A stretch of DNA of 63,416 nucleotides from Desulfobacteraceae bacterium (GTDB taxonomy: Bacteria > Desulfobacterota > DSM-4660 > Desulfatiglandales > Desulfatiglandaceae). This document shows positions 37,432-46,316 of the stretch, in pieces; the stretch's first letter is position 1, and each line of letters starts with the position of its first letter. The position numbers were made by a program, and so were the translations under genes. The notes beneath the pieces are model-generated. The model saw only the letters and a program-made list of their open reading frames with translations. It was not told the origin of the DNA and ran no database searches. The stretch is from assembly GCA_003599015.1 (NCBI GenBank), contig QZIK01000133.1, positions 1-63,416 on the forward strand, in the 5' to 3' direction.

Positions 37432-38142
37432 ATGGAGAAGATTAGCCCCGACACCTACGAGAAATATATTAAAGCCCTTATGGATATAAGCGGCGCCATC
37501 ACATCAGAGCGCTATCTTGAAGATATCCTGAAGCTCATTGTTATGGTTACGGCCAAGGTTACAGGTGTTGAGATATGCTCTTTATGGCTGATAGATGAAA
37601 GCGAAGACCCTGTCAGGATAAGGCTTAAGGCAACCCAGGCAATAGATCCGGAATATGTAAAGGATAGGTCTTTGACCCTCAAGGAAGGCGTGGTGGGATA
37701 CGTCGCAACCCACAATGAACCCCTTATGATTGAAGATGTACTTCAGGAGCCTCGCTTTAAAGAAAAAGAGATGGCTAGAAAGCTGGGGCTGGTTTCAATG
37801 CTGGGGGTTCCGCTTCAGGTAAGAGAGCAGAAGGTCATAGGTGTATTAAACTGCTTTACTTCTGAAAAATACATCTTCTCTGAAACTGAAATCAATCTGA
37901 TAAAGGCCGTGGCAAACCAGGCGGCAGTGGCCATCCTGAATACGGAACTCATGGTCAAGACAAGGGTTATTCAGGAGGAGCTTGAAACCAGAAAACTTGT
38001 GGAGCGGGCCAAGGAGATATTAATGAGAAGGCGCAACATGGACGGCGCCGCGGCCCACAGATGGATTCAGAAAAGGAGTATGGATTCAAGGAAATCAATA
38101 AGGCAGGTGGCTGAAGCGGTAATCCTGTCGGACGAGCTCTAA
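37432..38142 (+). CDS. GAF-domain / ANTAR-domain RNA-binding antiterminator
   Basis: GAF region (ICSLWLIDE...VGYVATHNEPLMIEDV...MLGVPL). C-terminal ANTAR pattern LVERAKEILMRRRNMDGAAAHRWIQKRSMDSRKSIRQVAEAVI. Confidence 0.85.
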   Translation: MEKISPDTYEKYIKALMDISGAITSERYLEDILKLIVMVTAKVTGVEICSLWLIDESEDPVRIRLKATQAIDPEYVKDRSLTLKEGVVGYVATHNEPLMIEDVLQEPRFKEKEMARKLGLVSMLGVPLQVREQKVIGVLNCFTSEKYIFSETEINLIKAVANQAAVAILNTELMVKTRVIQEELETRKLVERAKEILMRRRNMDGAAAHRWIQKRSMDSRKSIRQVAEAVILSDEL

Positions 38143-38172
38143 TCATCTCTGAAAATTTTCAAAAGAAACCAC

Positions 38173-38202
38173 TTGACAAACCCCTTAAGTTAAGCTTAAA
38201 AA
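38173..38202 (+). promoter_or_regulatory. candidate sigma-70 promoter of the ANTAR-controlled leader
   Basis: TTGACA (38173-38178), an 18-nt spacer, then TAAAAA (38197-38202). Confidence 0.35.
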
Positions 38203-38230
38203 TATCAAAAATATGAAGCAGCAATAATAT

Positions 38231-38276
38231 CCGCACAAAGGCGTGCGGCCGATATGGTGAGAGGGACAAAGGCGTC
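38231..38276 (+). promoter_or_regulatory. ANTAR-type dual hexaloop RNA element
   Basis: P1: CCGCAC-AAAGGC-GTGCGG (38231-38248). P2: GAC-AAAGGC-GTC (38265-38276, extendable by G-U pairs). Both loops are 6 nt with A at position 1 and G at position 4. The 3' half of P2 is the 5' arm of the terminator. Confidence 0.6.
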
Positions 38277-38312
38277 TTGCTCCGTGAAGGAGAAGACGCC
38301 TTTTTTATTTTT
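38271..38312 (+). terminator. intrinsic terminator in the leader of the glutamate-synthase-like gene
   Basis: GGCGTCTTgCTCC (38271-38283) pairs with GGAGAAGACGCC (38289-38300): 12 bp with one bulge. It is followed by TTTTTTATTTTT. Confidence 0.75.
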
Positions 38313-38356
38313 GTTAACTATTTATGCGGATACACAAAACAAGGAGGAAACGAGTT

Positions 38357-39940
38357 ATGAACCTGCATCGCCCCAATTCCAATGAGGCACTTCAAACCAA
38401 GAACCGGTCACGTGACGTGGCTCCTCAGTCAGGCATCTGCAGCCGGTGCGTAGATGGATGTAAAGGCAACTGCGACCTTTTCAACGCCACCTTCCGTGGC
38501 AGGGAACTTCTTTATCCTCAACCCTTCGGTGAGATTACTGCTGGGGCGGATAAGGACTATCCAGTCGACTATTCCCACCTGAATATTATGGGCTATGCCA
38601 TGGGCGCTGAGGGATCCATGGCCGATCCGGATCACGCCACCTTTCCGGCGGTCTCCACAGAAACATCATATGGAGCATCCCAAAAGGTCAAGATGAAGGT
38701 TCCAATGTTCACAGGGGCGCTCGGGAGCACAGAGATAGCCAGGAAGAACTGGGAACATTTTGCCGTGGGTGCTGCCATATCAGGGATAACCCTTGTATGC
38801 GGCGAGAATGTCTGTGGCATAGATCCAAGGCTTGAGCTTAACAAGAATGGAAAGATCGTGGAAGCCCCGGACATGAGAAGGAGGGTGGATGAATACCGCA
38901 GGTATCACGGTGGATATGGTGATATAATAGTTCAGATGAATGTTGAAGACACAAGGCTCGGAGTCGCAGAATATGTCGTCGAGAAACTTGGTGTTGAGAC
39001 AATCGAGCTAAAATGGGGACAGGGAGCAAAGTGTATTGGCGGTGAGATAAAGGTTAGTTCCCTTGATAGGGCCCTCGAACTTAAGCGCCGGGGATATATA
39101 GTTACGCCTGATCCGGAGATTAAATCTAATCAGGATGCATTCAAACACGGAGCAATAAAGGAGTTTGAGAGACATTCAAGGCTTGGGTTCATAGACCAGG
39201 AAGGGTTTATGAAGGAGGTGGAAAGGATAAGAAAAATGGGCGCAAAGAGGGTTACCCTCAAAACAGGCGCCTATCCAATGAGGGAACTTGCCATGGCCAT
39301 CAGGTGGTCGTCGGATGCAGGTTTAGACCTCCTCACCATTGATGGTGCTCCTGGTGGGACAGGCATGAGTCCGTGGCGGATGATGTCCGAGTGGGGTATC
39401 CCGTCAATTTATCTGCACTCCATGGCATACGGGCTCTGTGACAGATTGGCGAAGAAGGGCGCCCGAGTGCCTGACATTGCATTTGCCGGCGGCTTTTCCT
39501 CTGAAGATCATATTTTTAAGGCGCTGGCACTCGGTGCTCCTTATTGCAAGGCAGTATGCATGGGAAGAGCTTTGATGATCCCCGGCATGGTAGGGAAGAA
39601 CATCGGCAGGTGGCTGAAGGGTGAAGACGGTGGATTGCCTTCAACCGTCAAGCAGTATGGTTCAACCAAGGAAGAGATATTTGTTTGCTATGAAGAGCTG
39701 CGCTCAAAATATGGAGAAGAGGTTGATAAGTTCCCTCTTGGAGCTGTAGGTATTTACAGCGCATCACAAAAGCTCCAGGTGGGGTTGCAGCAACTTATGG
39801 CCGGGGCCAGGAAATGGCGTGTTGATCTTATATCCAGGAAGGATCTGGCATCTCTTACTGAAGAGGCTTCCAAGGTAACGGGCATTCCATATATCATGGA
39901 TGCTTACAGGGACGAGGCCCTTGCTGTCATAGACGCATGA
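38357..39940 (+). CDS. FMN-binding glutamate synthase family protein (GltB domain-2-like) with an N-terminal Cys cluster
   Basis: CSRCVDGCKGNC Cys motif. TIM-barrel FMN region with IDGAPGGTGMSPW and AFAGGF. ATG at 38357 preceded by AAGGAGGA; the ORF track starts at 38324. Confidence 0.8.
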   Translation: MNLHRPNSNEALQTKNRSRDVAPQSGICSRCVDGCKGNCDLFNATFRGRELLYPQPFGEITAGADKDYPVDYSHLNIMGYAMGAEGSMADPDHATFPAVSTETSYGASQKVKMKVPMFTGALGSTEIARKNWEHFAVGAAISGITLVCGENVCGIDPRLELNKNGKIVEAPDMRRRVDEYRRYHGGYGDIIVQMNVEDTRLGVAEYVVEKLGVETIELKWGQGAKCIGGEIKVSSLDRALELKRRGYIVTPDPEIKSNQDAFKHGAIKEFERHSRLGFIDQEGFMKEVERIRKMGAKRVTLKTGAYPMRELAMAIRWSSDAGLDLLTIDGAPGGTGMSPWRMMSEWGIPSIYLHSMAYGLCDRLAKKGARVPDIAFAGGFSSEDHIFKALALGAPYCKAVCMGRALMIPGMVGKNIGRWLKGEDGGLPSTVKQYGSTKEEIFVCYEELRSKYGEEVDKFPLGAVGIYSASQKLQVGLQQLMAGARKWRVDLISRKDLASLTEEASKVTGIPYIMDAYRDEALAVIDA

Positions 39941-40041
39941 TATTTCTTGATCCTGCAGTATTCGGTTTGAAGGATTGAAGAGATAACAACCGCGACCGGC
40001 CCCTGTTTTGAGGGGCCGGAGTGTTATCATGCTTTGATCCG

Positions 40042-41340
40042 TTATTTCAATTTGATCCAAATCAACCTTGCCGTAGCGCTGCCTTCATTAATCCATTCGG
40101 ACGGTATCTCTGCAGAAAGATAAATAAGATCTCCCTGCTTAAGACGATGGGAAGCCTTTCCAAGTGTTACGCTCAGTGTTCCAGAAAGCATATAACCCAA
40201 CTCTTCTCCCTTGTGTATGAAAAAATGGGAAGGAAGGTTTTTGTTTGGAGGGATCTCAATTAAATATGGCTCTGCTCTGGTTTCAAGGTCAACCGGTATC
40301 AGCAGCTTTCCGATTATTGAGTCTTCGTGCATATGCTGAAACTTTATCTCCGTTGCCTCCTTTGCCGGGAAGATGAATCGGCTTCTGGTTCCACCTTTTT
40401 CCTGAAAAAATGCGTTTACCTCCACCGACAATATCTCTGCCATTTTTAGAAGGGCCGGGAGGGAAGGGTATATGAGATTGCCCTCCACCTGTGAGATGGT
40501 ACTGGGGGTGACTCCCACCAGTCTGGCAAGCTCTGTCTGAGAAATCCCTCTTTTGGTTCTGAGCTCCTTTAGCCTTGCTCCCAGATCTCCTCTCGCAGTT
40601 CCCCGCCCTTCATCCTCGAAAGCTATTGAAAGGCCCTTGGCCCAATAACTAAAAGCTCTGTTAAACGTGTCGAGGTCTCTTTTTTCTGCCTTAACGAGGG
40701 TAAGGGCTGTACTTCCTCTCTTTACAGAAAGATCAATTACAACCTGGGCTATCTGGTTTATCTGTGCCTTGAGTCTGGGGCTGTGAGCCCCTTTTTCCAG
40801 TATCCAGTAGGCTATTGTATTGAGTTCATATAAGCGGGGGCAAGAATGGGCATAAAAGCTTGCCATTTTTTCTTCGCCGCCCCAGAGTTCCTGCATCCCC
40901 GTTATACTTTCAAAGACAAAACGCACGTCCCCTTTCATAGTGGCGTGGAGTTCATAGAAGGCCTTGGTGAAGCTGTAGACGTCCCTTGGGTCCTCCATGC
41001 GGATGATGCGGCAGGCCGAAGCTGACTGGTCTTCATCATAAAACTTAAGGAATATATCTGAGCCTTCTCCTTTTCCGAATGTGAAGCAGTCTAGGATTGT
41101 AAGCAGGTTATTGTCGGCAAGATCGCCGAGCTTATCAATAAGGTTGCGGGGAGAACGATCAAAACTAACATAGATAATAGGTCGCCCTTGTTCCTGGGAT
41201 GCCTTTATAAAATTAAGGCAGAAGACTGATGCAAGGCTCCCTGCATCGTCGTGCCATACTACGTTATCTCCTATAAAAAGACCTCCCAGAATCTTATCAA
41301 GATATCTAACGCCTGTTGCTATTTTTACTTTTGTTCCCAT
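40042..41340 (-). CDS. three-domain regulator: KaiC/RecA-like domain without a Walker A motif, XRE-type HTH, and a cupin domain
   Basis: N-terminal TGVRYLDKILGGLFIGDNVVWHDDAGS resembles KaiC TG.PGLD..LGGG but lacks GxxGxGKT/S. HTH: LKELRTKRGISQTELARLVGVTPSTISQVE. C-terminal cupin: HKGEELGYMLSGTLSVTL...GDLIYL. Confidence 0.75.
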   Translation of the reverse strand: MGTKVKIATGVRYLDKILGGLFIGDNVVWHDDAGSLASVFCLNFIKASQEQGRPIIYVSFDRSPRNLIDKLGDLADNNLLTILDCFTFGKGEGSDIFLKFYDEDQSASACRIIRMEDPRDVYSFTKAFYELHATMKGDVRFVFESITGMQELWGGEEKMASFYAHSCPRLYELNTIAYWILEKGAHSPRLKAQINQIAQVVIDLSVKRGSTALTLVKAEKRDLDTFNRAFSYWAKGLSIAFEDEGRGTARGDLGARLKELRTKRGISQTELARLVGVTPSTISQVEGNLIYPSLPALLKMAEILSVEVNAFFQEKGGTRSRFIFPAKEATEIKFQHMHEDSIIGKLLIPVDLETRAEPYLIEIPPNKNLPSHFFIHKGEELGYMLSGTLSVTLGKASHRLKQGDLIYLSAEIPSEWINEGSATARLIWIKLK

Positions 41341-41607
41341 ATAAAGACCCTCCGAAGGTAAATTGGGGAAAGGTGCTTCTTAGTCTTGTATCTCACATTT
41401 AATTATTAGATGAGACGGACCTTGCGGTCAACATGATAGGGAACTGCGTGGTATTAAGTCAGGAAATCCCGGCCGGCTGTTTCCTGAACGGATGCATTAG
41501 CGGCACTTAATCCAGGAAAGATCTTTTAGAGAAACTTGCTAGATCAACATCACAAAGTCAAGATAAGATGATAATGATTGCGGCTTAGGGAGGTATGGTT
41601 TTGCCGC

Positions 41608-41636
41608 TTGACTTAGGCCCGACCAGCAATGATAAT
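41608..41636 (+). promoter_or_regulatory. near-consensus sigma-70 promoter upstream of the small secreted-peptide ORF
   Basis: TTGACT (41608-41613), a 17-nt spacer, then GATAAT (41631-41636). It lies about 45 nt upstream of the ATG at 41683. Confidence 0.45.
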
Positions 41637-41682
41637 TGAGTAACTTCACTCAAACACTCACGGAAGCTAAGGAGAATATTTT

Positions 41683-41838
41683 ATGAAAAAGCTAATAACA
41701 GGCCTTTTGATTGTAGTGCTGAGTTCAGGAATTGCTTTCGCCGGAGGCGATAAGAATCAGGGGACCACAGGCAGCGGAACGACATCTACAGGATCTACAG
41801 CCCAGGGTGCTGGTTCTCAGTCTCGTACTGGGAGATGA
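41683..41838 (+). CDS. small secreted Gly/Thr/Ser-rich peptide, 51 aa (below the ORF-track cutoff)
   Basis: Hand translation: MKKLITGLLIVVLSSGIAFAGGDKNQGTTGSGTTSTGSTAQGAGSQSRTGR. Sec signal peptide with AFA-G cleavage context. AAGGAGA RBS 8 nt upstream. Confidence 0.4.
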   Translation: MKKLITGLLIVVLSSGIAFAGGDKNQGTTGSGTTSTGSTAQGAGSQSRTGR

Positions 41839-42085
41839 TCAATCCCTCATTAAATAACTGAAGTGGAGTTTTAACAAGGCAGTTTTACTGAGAAAGTTCC
41901 TTTCAACTGAACGTGCCTCTATTCAGGGACATGTGAAGAACCATGAAATGAAGTTTTTTTCAATTAAATTATGTCGTTAAAAGGTAACGCTAAGGAGTCG
42001 TTGCAAATTTTCAGACATGGAGCATATTGGGAATGACTATGCATTTGAATCAGTTACTTATAGGCGGTAGCCCGGGAGGCTGGCA

Positions 42086-43045
42086 ATGAAACCGGTGATT
42101 TTGGTTACCCGCAAATTGCCGGAAGCTGTCGAAGAACGGCTTCTAAGGGATTACATGCCCAGGCTTAACCCTGATGATCACCTGTATTCAAGTGATGAAC
42201 TGATTGAGAGTGCCTCCGGTGCCGATGCGATCCTTCCATGTCACACTGAACGCTTTACTGCCCAGGTAATCCAAAGGCTGCCCGTCAGTGTTCGAATTAT
42301 TGCAAACTACTCGGTCGGATTCGATCACGTGGATGTTGAGGCCGCGAGGAGTCGTGGCCTTGTTGTGACTAATACTCCAGATGTCCTTTCCGATGCCACG
42401 GCTGAAGTGACCATAATGCTCATGCTTGGGGCGGCCCGTCGGGCCGGAGAAGGGGAACGAATGGTTAGGACCGGGACCTGGAGGGATTGGAGTCCAAGTT
42501 TTATGGTGGGGACCCAGATGACCGGCAAACGGCTTGGCATTGTCGGGCTGGGGCGCGTGGGCCGGGTTACTGCCCGAAGAGCAAGAGGATTTGACATGAT
42601 CATCCACTATCATAACCGCCGTCGTCTCCCGCCCGATCTGGAAGAAGGAGCTGTTTTTCATCCGACACCGGAAGATCTTATGCCGCACTGTGACTTTCTG
42701 GCCTTGCATTGCATATCGTCACCTGAGACCTATCGCATGCTCAATGCCGACAGGATCGCACTTCTGCCGGATGGCGCCATTGTGGTAAACGCAAGCCGTG
42801 GGACCGTTGTTGACGACGATGCGCTGACAGCTGCCTTGAAATCAGGCAAAATAGCTGCCGCAGGACTTGACGTATACAATGGGGAGCCTGTCATTCACCC
42901 GGAATACAGGGCGTTGCAGAATACATTCTTGATGCCCCATATCGGAAGTGCCACAAAAGAGACACGTGATGCCATGGGATTCCGCGCCCTGGAAAACCTG
43001 GACGCATTCTTCGCAGGCAGGGAACCCCCCGATCGGGTGGCATAA
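42086..43045 (+). CDS. D-isomer-specific 2-hydroxyacid dehydrogenase (glyoxylate/hydroxypyruvate reductase-like)
   Basis: NAD motif GIVGLGRVGRVTA. Catalytic R...E...H context (NASRG, PHIGSAT). Confidence 0.85.
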   Translation: MKPVILVTRKLPEAVEERLLRDYMPRLNPDDHLYSSDELIESASGADAILPCHTERFTAQVIQRLPVSVRIIANYSVGFDHVDVEAARSRGLVVTNTPDVLSDATAEVTIMLMLGAARRAGEGERMVRTGTWRDWSPSFMVGTQMTGKRLGIVGLGRVGRVTARRARGFDMIIHYHNRRRLPPDLEEGAVFHPTPEDLMPHCDFLALHCISSPETYRMLNADRIALLPDGAIVVNASRGTVVDDDALTAALKSGKIAAAGLDVYNGEPVIHPEYRALQNTFLMPHIGSATKETRDAMGFRALENLDAFFAGREPPDRVA

Positions 43046-43166
43046 AGGCATTTACCCAAGATCTTTAACTGGTTGCCATGAACCAGGAGCATCAGCAGGC
43101 TGTGGATTCACTAAAAGAGATGATACATAGCCGTAAATATGTACCCGGCGAACCAGAGGAGGTGTC

Positions 43167-43652
43167 ATGGACGCAAAAGAGGAAAGGTTAAAGGGAAGGA
43201 AGATACTCATAGTAGATGATGATCCGGATGTGCTGGATACGCTGGAGGATTTACTTTCCATGTGCGAGGTAGTCAAAGCCAGGACCTTTGAAGACGCCAG
43301 CAGAAAACTGGGGACACAATCTTTTGATATGGCACTCCTGGACATAATGGGAGTCAATGGTTACAAGCTTCTGGAACTGGCGGTAGGCAAAAAGGTTATC
43401 GCTGTTATGCTTACGGCGCATGCCTTCAGTCCTGAGGATACCATGAAGTCCTTTAAAGGAGGGGCTGCTTTCTATGTGCCCAAAGATAAGATGGTCGAAC
43501 TGCCGGCCCTCCTTGCCGATATCTTTGATGCAAAGGAAAAGGGAAAAAGCACCTGGATGCCTTTCATGGGTTGGGCTGAGGCATATTACAGCGCCAAATT
43601 TGGTCCCAAGTGGGAAAAGCACAAAAAAGAATTCCAGGAGAAGCTGAAATAA
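43167..43652 (+). CDS. orphan single-domain response regulator (receiver plus a short C-terminal extension)
   Basis: ILIVDDDPD, phospho-acceptor context MALLDIMGVNG, and VMLTAH...K. Confidence 0.8.
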   Translation: MDAKEERLKGRKILIVDDDPDVLDTLEDLLSMCEVVKARTFEDASRKLGTQSFDMALLDIMGVNGYKLLELAVGKKVIAVMLTAHAFSPEDTMKSFKGGAAFYVPKDKMVELPALLADIFDAKEKGKSTWMPFMGWAEAYYSAKFGPKWEKHKKEFQEKLK

Positions 43653-43724
43653 GCGCCCCCCTTTGATCCATTCAATTAGGGGGTGCGGAGGGGATTTATG
43701 TTTGATTGATCTGCGATTGCGCCG

Positions 43725-45614
43725 TCAGTTGCTGTATACCAAAGAGGGCAGCCATAACCCTATCCCGGGGAACATGTAGAGCAGAAAAATAGCAAACACT
43801 TGTATAACCATGTAAGGCATCATCCCCAGAAAGATCTGGTTCAGAGTAACGTGTGGAGGTGAGACACCTTTCAGATAAAAGGCTGCCATAGCCACGGGCG
43901 GCGAAAGAAAGGCGGTCTGAAGGTTGAGCGCCACAAGGAGGCCGAAGAAGAGCGGATTGATGTCGAAGTGAGACAGCAGCGGGATAAAGATCGGCATGAA
44001 TATGACGATTATCTCGGTCCACTCCAGTGGCCATCCGAGCAGAAAAATAATGACCTGGGCCAGGATCATGAATTGAACCGGGGTCATATCAAGGGATTTT
44101 ACCCAATCGTTTACTATTTCCTGGCCGCCCAGCAACGCAAAGGCTGCTGCAAAAATGCTCGATCCCACAAAGAGCCAGCATACCATGGCACTTGTTTTTG
44201 CGCAGAGAAAGACCGCCTCCTTTAATACGCGCCAGTTAAGCTGCTTGTATGCCGCTGCGAGCACGAATCCGCCGAAGGCCCCCATGGCCGCCGCCTCGGC
44301 CGGTGTAGCCAGCCCGACGATTATGGTTCCAAGCACCCCAAGGATTATCAGCGCAAGGGGAAAGAAGGATCCAAGCAGCATCTTGAAGATTTCTAGACGG
44401 ACAAAGGTGAAAACCGCGTAGATAATTGCAAGTATGGCAATAAAAACACACAAAGTGATCCACCACCATCTGGGTACGGGTTTCCTTTCGCCAGCCTGGG
44501 AGGTTTCTTCACTTACAGCTGTTTCCTGCGAATTGGTTGCTGGGGAAAAATTTGCTTCCCGCTTTTCAGAGCCTTCTGGTTCCTGTAACCCTTCTTCAGA
44601 CTGGGGTTCCTCTGCCATTGCAGCCAACCCCATTGCCTGCACTCCCTCGGGCAGTTCTTCTTCGGGTGCAGTGGCAACCAGATAGAGCGAGCCCATGAGC
44701 ATTGCGGTTGCAAGGGCCGGCAAAAGCGCAATGAAAAGGTTGGTGAGTAGGGTGCGCATCGGCACGTCAGCGTTGCGCTTACCTTTGATGGCAAGGATAA
44801 TACCAGCCAGAACGTTTTTGCTTTTAGTCCTTGAGATTATCTCTGCAAATCTGGGAAGATGCACTCGCCGGTCTTCTTCGGAAAGCTGCGGGGCAGCGCT
44901 TGGCCAGAGCTTTGCGCATACAATGACGTAGACTACATATAGACCGGCCAGCATTATTCCGGGGAAAAAAGCGCCTGCGTAAAGCTGCACAACTGATACC
45001 CCGGCTGTGGCGCCATAAAGTATAAGGAGGACCGACGGAGGGATAAGTATACCCAAGGTACCTCCTGCAGTCACTGATCCGGCCGCAAGTTTGACTCCGT
45101 ACCCGGCCTTGAGCATGGCTGGAAATGCAAGAAGACCCATGACAGTCACAACTGCACCGATGATTCCTGATGCCGTGGAAAATATCGCACAGGTAACAAT
45201 CGTTGCAACGGCCAGTGAGCCGGGTATGCTTGCCGTGGCAAGGTGAAGTCCCTTGAAAAGCTTCTCGATCAGGTTGGAACGTTCCACCAGGTACCCCATA
45301 AAGACGAACAGGGGAACCGAGATGAGTACATCGTTGTTCATCACCGCATAGGCTCGCAGTGCCATAAGGTCAAGGGTCTGAGCCACTGCTGTATCGGGAT
45401 TCTGGCTGCGATAGGCAAACCATGCGAACATCGTACCCAAACCCATAAGCGTGAATGCTGTAGGAAAACCCAGCATGATCGCGACAACTATCATTGCCAG
45501 CATGAGCAGGCCCAGGTGTCCGTTGGTCATCTGTGAGGGCGCCGGCAGGATCCAGAAGATAAGTCCCACCACAATGGCCATCATGGAGAGTCCGAACCAG
45601 GCTTCTTTTCTCAA
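43725..45614 (-). CDS. TRAP transporter large permease (DctM, FcbT3-like) with a large internal insertion
   Basis: 629 aa and many TM helices. DctM-like segments at both ends. The central part carries extra helices and an acidic, low-complexity loop. Confidence 0.85.
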   Translation of the reverse strand: MRKEAWFGLSMMAIVVGLIFWILPAPSQMTNGHLGLLMLAMIVVAIMLGFPTAFTLMGLGTMFAWFAYRSQNPDTAVAQTLDLMALRAYAVMNNDVLISVPLFVFMGYLVERSNLIEKLFKGLHLATASIPGSLAVATIVTCAIFSTASGIIGAVVTVMGLLAFPAMLKAGYGVKLAAGSVTAGGTLGILIPPSVLLILYGATAGVSVVQLYAGAFFPGIMLAGLYVVYVIVCAKLWPSAAPQLSEEDRRVHLPRFAEIISRTKSKNVLAGIILAIKGKRNADVPMRTLLTNLFIALLPALATAMLMGSLYLVATAPEEELPEGVQAMGLAAMAEEPQSEEGLQEPEGSEKREANFSPATNSQETAVSEETSQAGERKPVPRWWWITLCVFIAILAIIYAVFTFVRLEIFKMLLGSFFPLALIILGVLGTIIVGLATPAEAAAMGAFGGFVLAAAYKQLNWRVLKEAVFLCAKTSAMVCWLFVGSSIFAAAFALLGGQEIVNDWVKSLDMTPVQFMILAQVIIFLLGWPLEWTEIIVIFMPIFIPLLSHFDINPLFFGLLVALNLQTAFLSPPVAMAAFYLKGVSPPHVTLNQIFLGMMPYMVIQVFAIFLLYMFPGIGLWLPSLVYSN

Positions 45615-46237
45615 CGTGCCCCCCTTTCCTTGGCCGCCACCATCTCATCAAGTTTTGCAATATCCTCGTCCTTGACATGCAGGACTTCCTTCAGCTTGTC
45701 CACGTCCACTTCCTCCACGTCCTCCTGGCGCGAGGGCCACTGCCCGTCCTTAAGGCATCTGATGCAGCGGATGATCTCTACAATGCCCTGTAAAAGGAGA
45801 AAAAAGCCTGCAACGGGAATGACGGCCTTGAAGGGATAAATAGGCGGGCCATCAACAGTGATATTAGAGTGCTCTCTGATAGCCCATGACTCTCCGGCAT
45901 ATATAAAGCCGGCATAGCACAGGGCGGTAACGCCCGGAAGAAAGAACACGATAAATAAGGTCAAGTCAATCGCAGCCTGCAGCCTTGGAGGGAAGAAGCC
46001 GTAAAGTACGTCTCCACGGACATGACCGTTCTTTGATAGCGTGTAGGCTCCGGCCATCATGAAAAGGCTTCCGTACATCATTATCATGGCATCAAATGCC
46101 CAGGCATGGGGAGCGCTGAGAGCGTAACGCGAAAACACCTCATAAGTAACGAGAAAGGTAAGCGTGAGTATCAGCCATGAAAATGTCTTTCCCACAAAGG
46201 TGCTTATCTTGTCGATAGTAAGCAGTAACTTCTGCAT
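45611..46237 (-). CDS. TRAP transporter small permease (DctQ, FcbT2-like) with an acidic C-terminal tail
   Basis: 4 TM helices. The stop overlaps the DctM start by 4 nt. C-terminal tail: RQEDVEEVDVDKLKEVLHVKDEDIAKLDEMV. Confidence 0.8.
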   Translation of the reverse strand: MQKLLLTIDKISTFVGKTFSWLILTLTFLVTYEVFSRYALSAPHAWAFDAMIMMYGSLFMMAGAYTLSKNGHVRGDVLYGFFPPRLQAAIDLTLFIVFFLPGVTALCYAGFIYAGESWAIREHSNITVDGPPIYPFKAVIPVAGFFLLLQGIVEIIRCIRCLKDGQWPSRQEDVEEVDVDKLKEVLHVKDEDIAKLDEMVAAKERGAR

Positions 46238-46316
46238 ACTCGATCCTTTTTAGGCAATCAGCCACCCGGAAACCATGGGGAAACCGGATGGCTGAAGAAT
46301 GTTGCGTTTGGAGATC

